NCBI RefSeq assembly: GCF_964355755.1
Contig: NC_092680.1
Coordinates: 1,116,001-1,180,000, forward strand
Length of the DNA stretch: 64,000 nucleotides
Reading direction: 5' to 3'
DNA from: Antedon mediterranea
Taxonomy: Eukaryota > Animalia > Echinodermata
This document shows positions 10,726 through 21,811 of the stretch, piece by piece (positions within the stretch are counted from its first letter, which is position 1; every line of letters begins with the position of its first letter). The translations under genes were made by a program, and so were the position numbers. The notes below the pieces were generated by a model. That model was not told the DNA's origin, ran no database searches, and saw only the letters and a program-made list of their open reading frames with translations.

Positions 10726-13700
10726 CCCTAGTTCAGTTCGTGTGTCCACTCAATAGTGTTCTAATGTGCAGTAGTAACATGCATACATAGTTGTTATTCT
10801 ATAAGACAACACTTTATGTACTTACGCAAGTTCATTGACTTGGTGTTTATCTCCAATTGAATCTGGCTTCCTACAGTAAGAAAGAAAAGATGAAATTGTA
10901 TTGAAAGAAAATAATAAGAAACAACCATAAGCTGATCTAATAGAGGTCAATCACTGCATGTGTCTCATGTATATAATCATGTGTATAGCGTTAGATTAAC
11001 TTCAATATTCAATTTCTTCTTTTTAAGGCTCAAATGCAATCCAATCTCTCTCCACAACACCTATTTAAACAATCTGCCTCTGGGAAAAAAGAAAGCAACA
11101 AGAGTTGAAACAGACAACATACAAACACTGAATAAATAAATAAATAAATAAACAAGCAACACAATTAATTGCAATGCACAATTAACAGCTTCTAAAATAA
11201 ACTGTTCACATATCCATACAATATTTTGACAAATACACATTGTACAGTAAGAGAATATATGCATTATTTACATAGAGATACTAAACCATTACTAGAGTCA
11301 ACTCGGCGAACAGGGCAGGGAGTTCTTAAAATTAAATCAATCAATCACTCCTCAAATCACACCTTTTTAATTTGCACTTTTTAACATTAATTAATTAGTG
11401 TCTTTTATATTTGTTGTTTGTTTTTATTTTATCTATTAAAAATAATATGTAGGTTAGAACCACATAAGTCATAAATATTTGATGCGGCAATATTTGATCA
11501 GCCATATTATAACAAAAAAAACTTACTGTCTGGATCTCAGTTTTTGGTAGATGAAAATGATGAAAATGATAAATAAAACGAATACTATAAAAGCACCAAT
11601 GCTGCAGGCAGCAATTATACCTGTAACAACATTTTCACAAAATTAGTTATACGATACTATGCATTCTATAAATACAACTCAAGTTACACAATTCCAGATA
11701 ATCTCCACATTTGTTGCGGGTAGTGAAAGGGGCTATCTAAATTAGGTTTCATTAATGTATGCAATCTTGGCCTATACTAAATCACCTAGCATAGGTTTTT
11801 GCACACACAGAATGTTGTAAAATGTTACCATCAAACAAATAGACGCACCTTTTTTAGATGATGAACGTGGCTTCTCTGTTACTTGTGAATTGACTGTTTT
11901 TGATACATCTCTTAACATCATCACGGTAACATCACTTGTTGCTACATCTCTTAACATCATCACGGTAACATCACTTGTTGCTACATCTCTTGGTGTTGGT
12001 TGCATGGTAGTAATTTCAACTATAATGATAACAATTTGTGAATAAAAGAAGTATGAAAAATCATATTATACACAAGTATGTAGAGTAATTCTATATGCGC
12101 AGTTGATAGTTGATATCATATTTCTGTAGTGTGCAAAGTACTCTTCGATGAACTGGGTTCTTTAAAGTGCAAACGATCCATATGTGGACTCTTTAAGTCT
12201 TTATCCAAGACTTGATTTATAACCAAAATGATAGTCGAGCAGAGACTTCAACCTGTGCCATATATGGCAATAATGGATGCAACAACCCTGCCTTAACTGC
12301 TTGGTCGCTTGATTTGATAAACCATTTATGAATATAAATCATACAGTATAGTTAAGAGCTGAACAACACGCATACATTCTGCAATGCAATACAGTAATGT
12401 AAAGATTTTGTTTTTCACTAATTTAAAGCCCTGTTTACACTATCAACCTTTATGTGACAAACAAATGTGATACCAAAACAAAAAAAATGTCATACCACTA
12501 CCATATCTGGGAATATCACTACCATTTTTTGACACATCACACTTTTTTTAGTTTGATAGTGTAGACAGAGCTTAACTGGGTATAATGACTGTAAGCTTTC
12601 AAATGAAAGAAACAAATAAAACAAACCTTTAGTTGTAAATTTAATATGATTTGATTCTTGACTGGTACCACCCATGCTAACGGCTACAGCATGCACATCA
12701 TACAGTGTAGATGGGGTAAGACTAATAAGTTCTGGTACTTAACATGAAAAATGAAAATCATGTTAATAATTTTGTTATAAAAATAGTGTTTCGATAAGAT
12801 TTATAAAAACTTTTAAAAAAAATGCAATATGAAAGCACACTGCATTTTAAAATTAATATGATGCTTTATCAGTTATTGAAAACTTATAGACAGTGATACT
12901 AATTTATCCTGGTTCCCATTGGAATACAACTTAAGGACGTAATTACAATCCAATGATTGGTCAACACACTTGCTTTGTGACTATGTCGCTGTGTTTCATG
13001 TTTAATAGTTGGAACCAACCACAGACATTTGCAAGTGAAGTGTGTTAAGCTTCTTATAAATTTAATTTATAAAAATAATTAAATATTATATCTTAAATTT
13101 AAAGACAAAGTTAAAATTTCTATTACCTATTTATTATATTTTAACTTGGAACTGAACATATTTTAGAAAACAGGATGTATCATAAATGAAAAAAATCCAA
13201 TATTTTTTTGCTATTAAAAAAAAATAAAATCGGAATGGAGAATATACAATACCCGAGTTGTCGGAGGATGTTGTTAAATTCTGATCATTGTAATATATGA
13301 TGTAGTGAAGGCCCATAAACTTCTCAACTGCATTGGTAGAGTTTATGTGTATCTTAGCTATATAAGAACCGACATCTTCTTCAGGTATCCTTATAACTGG
13401 AGGTTCTGGTACACCTAAACAACATTATTTAAATAAGAATTTAAAATGTTTGCTTTCACTTCTCGTCTTTTTTAATTTATGTGCAGCGCATTGAGCTTAT
13501 ATGCGCTATATAAGAATGAACTATTATTATTATTATTGGAGCTAAAACATAACAAAATGTAATCTATATTGAGTTTAATGTAGAAATGCTATCAATCAAC
13601 TTACTGTGTATAATTGTAACTTTGATGGATTCTGCATGTGTATCACCAGTTTCCACCTGATCTCCGCGGCATTCAAACGTTCCATCTTCATGTATGGTAA

Positions 13701-16700
13701 CCTTGCTAATGTTTAAAGAGCCTCCTTCAAGAATGTCATATTGTCCTTATTGAGAAAAGAACATGTTAATAGGTAAGAAGATCGATTGATTGAATAAGAA
13801 CTTTGATCAACAAAGTCAAATTAAACAGAAACTAAAATTCAATCAATTACCAGATACATTGAGGAAGTTACCATCAAAGAGCCACGAAACTTTTGGTTTT
13901 GGAAGTCCAGTAACATCACATCTTATAACTCCACCCTCATAAAAAGTTATATTTTGTTTATGTGGCGCTTGTACAACTATCGGTTCTACCAATAAAAAAG
14001 ATACAAGAATATATCATTAACAATTAGAATTTTTTTCAAAGCTTTTTTAAGAAAAGAATAGTCTAAAAACAAATATTATTTCCTATATCTCAATTGATAT
14101 TTGTTTGCTGATGTTTGTTGAGAAACATTATTGTTAAATATACCTCTTTTTAATATTTGGAGATTATTCTGAGAATGTTTGCCTCTACATGTATAAGTGC
14201 CATAATCTTCATCATTCTGTAACCATGCCAGTGTAAGCTTGGTTTGCCATGGCTGCAAATTTTCAGTAAAAACAACTAAAAAATACAGAAAATGTTTGCA
14301 ATCAATATAATATATACAGTAGGACACTATTAATAGGACACCTTCAGGACTTAACAACATTTATATATTTATATATATCGTAAAACATAGTTTTACAATA
14401 TATATTGCCCCTCTTTTATTTCACTGGAAAGTTATCTTTTGATAGGATATCCCCTTGATAAAGGTTTACCTTGCAATGGGGATGTTCTCTGCATAGGGCG
14501 TCCCCTGCATAGGTTGTCTCCTGCATAGGTTGTCCCTGAATAGGAGTGTCCCCTCCATAGGGTGTCTCCTCCATAGGGTTGTCCCCTGCATAGGGTGTCC
14601 CCTGCATAGGGTGTCCCCTGCATAGGGTGTCCCCTGCATAGGGTGTCCCCTGCATAGGGGTGTCCCCTGCATAGGGGTGTCCCCTGCATAGGGGTGTCCC
14701 CTGCATAGGGGTGTCCCCTGCATAGGGTGTCCCCTGCATAGGGTGTCCCCTGAATAGGAGTGTCCCCTGCATAGGAGTGTCCCCTGCATAGGGTGTCTCC
14801 TCCATAGGGTTGTCCCCTGCAAGGTGTCCCCTGAATAGGAGTGTCCCCTGCATAGGAGTGTCTCCTGCATAGGGTGTCCCCTGAATAGGGGTGTCCCCTG
14901 CATAGGGTGTCCCCTGCATAGGGTGTCCTCTGCATAGGGGTGTCCCCTGCATAGGGTGTCCCCTGCATAGAGTGTCCCCTGCATAGGGGTGTCCCCTGCA
15001 TAGGGGTGTCCCCTGCATAGGGGTGTCCCCTGCATAGGGGTGTCCCCTGCATAGAGGTGTCCCCTGCATAGGGTGTCCCCTGAATAGGAGTGTCCCCTGC
15101 ATAGAGTGTCCCCTGCAAGGTGTCCCCTGCATAGGGGTGTCCCCTGCATAGAGTGTCCCCTGCATAGGGTGTCCCCTGCATAGAGTGTCCCCTGCATAGG
15201 GGTGTCCCCTGCATAGGAGTGTCCCCTGCATAAGGTGTCCCCTGCATAGGAGTGTCCCCTGCATAAGGTGTCCCCTGCATAAGGTGTCCTCTGCATAGGG
15301 GTGTCCCCTGCAGGGTGTCCTCTGCATAGGGGTGTCCCCTGCATAGGAGTGTCCCCTGCATAGGGGTGTCCCTGCATAGGAGTGTCCCCTGCATAGAGTG
15401 TCCCCTGCATAGGGGTGTCCCCTGCATAGGGGTGTCCCCTGCAAGGTGTCCCCTGCAAGGTGTCCCCTGCATAGAGTGTCCCCTGCAAGGTGTCCCCTGC
15501 ATAGGGGTGTCCCCTGCATAGGAGTGTCCCCTGCATAGAGTGTCCCCTGCATAGGGGTGTCCCCTGCATAGGGGTGTCCCCTGCAAGGTGTCCCCTGCAT
15601 AGGGGTGTCCCCTGCAAGGTGTCCCCTGCATAGAGTGTCCCCTGCAAGGTGTCCCCTGCATAGGGTGTCCCATCGGAGAGGTTCTACTGTATACACAAAT
15701 ATCAAACCTGGAGGGTTTATATTTTGCATCATGGTATTCCTTGCCAAGTCAATAGTGATGTTCCAGGAGTTTGCTGCTTCTGTTGCTGTAAATGATGACA
15801 CATGTCCATAGTTTTCTTCCAGGTAAAGCATCATATCAACTGTTTTCCCTCCATGTATAGCATCATCCCCTATCCCATATGGCGCATCTTTCGGCTTGTC
15901 AATAGCATTAACTTGACGATGGTCTACTTTCAAATTATCTTCATCTTGATAGCTAGAAAGCTAAACAGTGTACATAGTGAAATTAAAATAATAAAATTCA
16001 ATGAAAATACAGTATAAAAATAAAAATATACCAAAATTGAACCCTATTATTTTAATCTATAAATCTATGTATTAATTATTGTAATAATATTAATGAATAA
16101 ACTTCCTGACAACATATGACTGAGGAAACTACCAATCAACCATACCCTATAGCACGTCAAGTCTTTGTTAAGCTTGATGTGTCCATATATGGACATAATT
16201 ATGTCATATCACTACCATATTTGGACACTAATTCAATTGTACGTACCTGCACCAACCTGTCCACAGTCTCGTTATTTTGAATGTTTACTTCCCAAAACAC
16301 GAGTCGATCAGACACCAACACAAGCACTACTTCTTTATCTGTATTCATGTTTCGGTTTAATATGTTAACATTTACATTCGTGTAGACTGGAGACTGAATC
16401 CCATATACCATAGCTATGACATGGACTTCTGTATCCGTTGCAATGTTTGATTCACAGCTTGTGTACTGAAGAGGGTCATTACCAACTAAAGTTGCTGTAG
16501 TAATGTTTTCACTGTTTCCTCTTATCATATGACAATCATTAAGTGAAGCTGGAAAATAATTTGGAATACTGATGTTAAATACACACATAATTTAAAAAAA
16601 ATTTGTTATTTTATTAAATCAAAAACAAACAGCGATAATTACCGCCACTAACAGGTTTGATACAAACAAAGCCAGGACTGTTTAAAGCACCTTGATTGGT

Positions 16701-18964
16701 CCTAACATTGATCAAGGGCTTCTCTTGTCCAGTGCCCACCTTGACCAGAGGAAAGGCATAAGCCAATACATCTGGGGCAGATACTAGATGCAGGGGCTGC
16801 CACAAGAGTCAGCAATGCTGATTTCAAATGCCTAACTGGACCCCAGCTCCATATACAGCACCCGATATTCCCAGATGGTCTCCCATCCAAGCTCTAACCA
16901 GGCCCAACGTTGCTGACAAGAACCGGTGTCTAAACAGGAAGCCATATACGCACACAAAGAAAAGGTTTGTTGTTTTCAACTTTGGAAAAAAAGTGTGATG
17001 TTCCTAAATATAGCAGTGATATGACATCATCATGTCCATATATGGGCACATCACATTTTGATAGTGTAGACAAAGCTTTAGAGAACACACCCTCGCTTGT
17101 AACGAGATAAAAACTAGGGCAAACACGCCATTTCTAGTGGAAACATGGCATTATGTTAACACTTAGTTAGGTTAAGTGTGCTGTAAAATAATAAACTACT
17201 TTTTACAATTGCTAGTCTGATGGTATTACAATTCAGCGCAGTTTAAATTAATTTAGTTTTAAACTTATACAAACAATATATACAGTACCTAAGCAAGAAC
17301 ATGGATCAATTCCAAATTGCTGGCAAGCACAGAATCCATTGACGCAAGAAGCAAATGAATTTTGACAGTAACGACCAAATTCAGCATTACAAGATTCTGC
17401 ATTATCACAGTTAGCTAAAATAAAACATAATTCATAACGCTATGGTAATTTTTCTATTCATTTGAATTGATTACTGTATCCCTAATTTAGTGAATGTTCA
17501 TTGATAAAAATTGTTAAATCCATAAACATTTAATACCGAAATATGGGGGTCCCTTTTATAAATAGAGCCCTTGAAATTATATATTGGCATGTCATGCATA
17601 GTTTTTACATTTGATTGAAATTTGAGTACATTGTTATTTTGTTAGTGGTCTAGATGTAGTGTAATGATTTAATGTTAGTGGTCTAGATGTAGTGTAATGA
17701 TTTAATGTTAGTGGTCTAGATGTAGTGTAATGATTTAATGTTAGTGGTCTAGATGTAGTGTAATGATTTAATGTTAGTGGTCTAGATGTAGTGTAATGAT
17801 AAAGTGAAAAATCATGGTTTATAATTAAGTCTTGCACTGGCAGTGACAAACTTACCACCTTCTTCTGATGGTTGAAATGTATCTATTTTATTACTTGAGG
17901 GTGAAATCCATTCTGGTTGAGTATAGTCCACACTCTCATCTGTACATGTAAGCTGAAGGTTAGACTTCACATATTGATTACCAGTTGGTTTGAGGACAAC
18001 AGAAGCTGAATATTAAGTTAAAATAATATTATAGATAGTTTGTTCATTGTCTGAATGATGTGATTAGTATTATAACCTGGCGCTACTGAACGTCTGCACC
18101 TAACCCAATTAAAAACATTCAATAGGATGGATGTATTATTTGGTGGCGGTAATAGTGACCATAAAGTCTTTATGCCCAGTGATGTGAAGTACCATAGCCT
18201 CTATAACACTCATGAAAAACTAAATAATAATATAAAGGCCTACATAAAATGGAAAATAGTACAAACAACAACAGCCATTCAAGTTGGCCTTATCTATGAA
18301 TTCCAGAAAAAAAAATGTTGCTAATGGCTTACCTTGAGATAGACACTTAGCCTTTTTGCCTCGTTAGTATAGAAGTATATAGAATAGTATACAAATAATG
18401 AATGTTTATGAGTGCAATGGTACAAATAATGGCACGAGGTGAATGATGAAAGGTTATATCAACGAGGCAAAGCTGAGTTGATATAACCTTTCATCATTCA
18501 CCAAGTGCCATTATTTGTACCATTACACGAATACAAAACATTCATTATTTGTTTTATATAACATCTAGACGGTTTTTTTTCGTACACAAAAATGTTTCAA
18601 AAAGTACTATTTAACGATCGTTGAATAGTGCGTACTATTGCACGCCATGTGACCCACATTCGTCCAATCAAATGACAGGAATTTATATAGGTGTTATATA
18701 AAATACTTTATTACTAGCCTGATTGATACTTTTTTGGCCTAGCCTAGCTAGTAGTAGGCCTACACTCAGATCTACTTTACTTACTTAGCTAGTACAGTAG
18801 TAGCTTACTCTAGGCATGATCCATGGAGGTATAATACCTCCATGCTCTAGCTAGGCTAGGCCTAGAAATTTTAAATTTAGTACAGTACAAAATGTATGTT
18901 GCATACACTTACAGAATATACACTCGATCTCAATAGCCAGCAGTAACAATGCTTGAATATACAT
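10293..18964 (-). CDS. Gene 2: type I membrane protein; signal peptide, split Ig1 (with Cys-rich and betaglycan/endoglin-orphan-like insert), Ig2, FN3, short Ser/Thr stalk, TM, short tail
   Basis: Fourteen phase-compatible exons: 18913-18964 (MYIQALLLLAIEIECIF), 17856-18005 (LQLTC..PEWISP), 17289-17414 (8 Cys), 16247-16548, 15708-15960, 14144-14275 (LTL..DYGTYTC), 13851-13985 (IRCDVTGLPKPKVSW), 13605-13745 (SLNISKV..DGTFEC), 13253-13414 and 12627-12737 (FN3; LTPSTLYDVHAVAV), 11849-12019, 11527-11620 (TM), 10826-10870, 10293-10350 (ends TKTDAV*). Confidence 0.85.
10552..10596 (+). ncRNA. Minimal type I hammerhead ribozyme of the Penelope-like retroelement kind
   Basis: CTC-CTGATGA-GTGAGT-tgcacg-ACTCAC-GAAA-CAAGCCTG-TA^GAG: intact core, perfect 6-bp stem II, short stems I and III. 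Confidence 0.75.
14316..15691. repeat. ~1.2-kb 17-20-bp minisatellite (gtgtcccctgcatagg) expanded inside a CAGT...ACTG/TA MITE in gene 2 intron 5
   Basis: Array ~14480-15670; element ends tacagtaggacac (14316) and ggttctactgta (15691); related short copies at ~10506-10535 and ~49965-50090. Confidence 0.85.
16680..16935 (-). mobile_element. 5S rRNA-derived SINE (SINE3-type) fragment
   Basis: Reverse strand agcaacgttgggcctggttagagcttggatgggagaccatctgggaatatcgggtgctgta matches the 3' half of eukaryotic 5S rRNA and is followed by non-5S body sequence. Confidence 0.75.
17640..17800. repeat. 33-bp minisatellite (~5 copies)
   Basis: Unit tgttagtggtctagatgtagtgtaatgatttaa. Confidence 0.85.
18392..18552. 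repeat. Long imperfect palindrome (fold-back element) in gene 2 intron 1
   Basis: aataatgaatg...ggtgaatgatgaaaggttatatcaac-loop-gttgatataacctttcatcattcacc...cattcattatt. Confidence 0.75.
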
Positions 18965-19118
18965 TTGCCTAGAATTTCAGCATGGTATAACGGTTTGTAG
19001 AGACATTATTATTCGTACTGTGGGTTGTATGTGAAACAATGGACGGAAACAACATTAGTTAAGGCACAGTTAATGTACAGAGTTCATTACAGCAAAAGAT
19101 ACACACAGTAGCTGCTTA

Positions 19119-19167
19119 TGACGTCAAGTACCTGGTAATGTAATTGTAAAATGGTGGGGAAATCCCC
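19119..19167. promoter_or_regulatory. CRE (TGACGTCA) and NF-kB-type site (GGGAAATCCC) 150-200 bp upstream of the gene 2 start codon
   Basis: TGACGTCA at 19119-19126; GGGGAAATCCCC at 19156-19167. Motif match only. Confidence 0.5.
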
Positions 19168-19899
19168 ATGTCTAGGCGCATGCAACATTTGTTGTATGGG
19201 CGGCCATTAGTGTCATAATATATAACAAACAAATAAATAAACAAACAAGACATAATATAAATAAATATATTACAGTATTATTATAGAATTATTATAATTA
19301 CTTTTACAAAACGTCAACGTCTAAATTTTATCAATCTAGGGAGTCAAAAATTGTGACCAATCAGATTAGCATTTTACAGTCCTGGTTTGTGATTGGTTAA
19401 ATGTTTATAGTATTGTGTACATGCTAAATATAATATGGCCAAAGGTTATTAGGTGAATTGCTAAGTGTGCTTGTGTGCAGTGAGAAAGGAGACCCAATGC
19501 CATAGCTATGATTATGAACAAGATTTCATACTCGAACGAAATAACACATTTATAATATTTGTTATTATACAATAAATTAAGATCATCATTAGTCTGGCTT
19601 CCATATTGGAAACACGCAAGCCTCGCTACCACGTCAAGGTTGATGATCACAGCGAGGACTTACCTGTGGTTGGTTCCATGTCAAAAACTGTATCTTCCTG
19701 TTTTTTCTGCAATTCCATCCTTTCTCCAGTATCCAAGTACCGCACATGTATATCTATTAGAGGGGCTGGTCCGGATATAATCTGCTATGCCACCTACTAT
19801 GAAGTATCATATAAATGTTGAAACCTGGTTAAGAAAAACTATAGTCACCTGTAGGGAAAACTTACAATATCAATGCTATCTTACACCTTTCCAAACAAA

Positions 19900-21150
19900 A
19901 TAACATGATTTGAAGTGCATTGCAACTTAAACCTGTAGATTCTTAGCTACACACAACCTGCAGTGAACATTTATTATACCAAGATAATGAAATTACAAAA
20001 AATAACCTGATTTGAAGTGCATTGCAACTTAAACCTGTAGATTCTTAGCTACACACAACCTGCAGTGAACATTTATTATACCAAGATAATAAATTTACTA
20101 AAAATAACCTGATTTGAAGTCCATTTCAACTTAAACCTGTAGATTCTTAGCTACACACAACCTGCAGTGAACATTTTTTATACAAAGATAATGAATTTAC
20201 TAAAAATAACCTGATTTGAAGTGCATTTCAACTTAAACCTGTAGATTCTTAGCTACACAAAACCTGCAGTGAACATTTTTTATACCAAGATAATAAATTT
20301 ACTAAAAAAATAACCTGATTTGAAGTGCATTGCAACTTAAACCTTTAGATTCTTAGCTACAACACAACCTGCAGTGAACATTTATTATATCAAGATAATG
20401 AATTTACTAAAAATAACCTGATTCGAAGTGCATTGCAACTTAAACCTGTAGATTCTTGGCTACACACAACCTGCAGTGAACATTTATTATACCAAGATAA
20501 TGAATTTACTAAAAATAACCTGATTTGAAGTGCATTTCAACTTAAACCTGTAGATTCTTAGCTACACACAACCTGCAGTGAACATTTATTATACCAAGAT
20601 AATGAATTTACTAAAAATAACCTGATTTGAAGTGCATTTCAACTTAAACATGTAGATTCTTAGCTGCACACAACCTGCAGTGAACATTTTTTATACCAAG
20701 ATAATAAATTTACTAAAAATAACCTGATTTGAAGTGCTTTGCAACTTAAACCTGTAGATTCTTAGCTACACACAACCTGCAGTGAACATTTTTTATACCA
20801 AGATAATAAATTTACTAAAAAAATAACCTGATTTGAAGTGCATTGCAACTTAAACCTTTAGATTCTTAGCTACAACACAACCTGCAGTGAACATTTATTA
20901 TACCAAGATAATGAATTTACTAAAAATAACCTGATTTGAAGTGCATTGCAACTTAAACCTGTAGATTCTTAGCTACACACAACCTGCAGTGAACATTTAT
21001 TATACCACGATAATGAATTTACTAAAAATAACCTGATTTGAAGTGTATTACAACTTAAACCTGTAGATTCTTAGCTACACACAACCTGCAGTGAACATTT
21101 TTTATACCAAGATAATAAATTTACTAAAAAATAAACTGATTTGAAGTACA
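19900..21150. repeat. Satellite B, ~102-bp unit (~12 copies here; more at 24240-24420 and 29640-30510, diverged copies 33720-34730)
   Basis: Unit aataacctgatttgaagtgcattgcaacttaaacctgtagattcttagctacacacaacctgcagtgaacatttattataccaagataatgaatttactaaa. Confidence 0.92.
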
Positions 21151-21811
21151 TTTTAGTTACACGCATATTTAAATAAGTTACCAAGATATAATGCCACCTT
21201 ACACATTATATAGAACAATTTACAACAAATATTTAAAATTATTTGAAATTTACTGAAACTTAAACCTCTACATTTTTAGATACACATATATCTTACCTAT
21301 ATACCTACATGGAACATTTACATTAACAAGATATAATGCCAACTTACAGATTATACAATTTTTACAAAAAATGACTTGATTTGAAGTGAATTGAAACCTC
21401 TATTCTTAACTACATTATTAAAATATTTTAACTACACACGACCTGCAGGGAAATCTTACGATACCAAGAAAATTTATAACAAATATTACAAATTATTTAA
21501 AATGTTTAAACCTAAACCTCTAAGTTCTTAGTTACACTTAATATATGACATCTTAGCAACACACGAACTGCAGGGAAATCTTACGATACCAAGAAAATTT
21601 ATAACAAATATTACAAATTATTTAAAATGTTTAAACCCAAACCTCTAAGTTCTTAGTTACACTTAATATATGACATCTTAGCAACACACATACCTGCAGA
21701 GAAAACGCAAACAAACCTGTGTTTAGTTCCAATAGATTTTCATCTTTAGATTCATATATGCTATCTGAAATGAGTAAGAGAAAAATTATTAGGTACAGGT
21801 GGTGTGGTATG

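Noticed and set aside
14416-15933. Three long overlapping minus-strand ORFs (505, 413, 393 aa; GDTPMQGTPLCRGH repeats)
   Set aside because: Stop-free minisatellite open in all frames; only 15708-15960 is a real exon, closed by a donor before the repeat.
16850-16935. Functional 5S rRNA gene
   Set aside because: 5' half partly deleted, no oligo-T terminator, continues into a SINE-like body.
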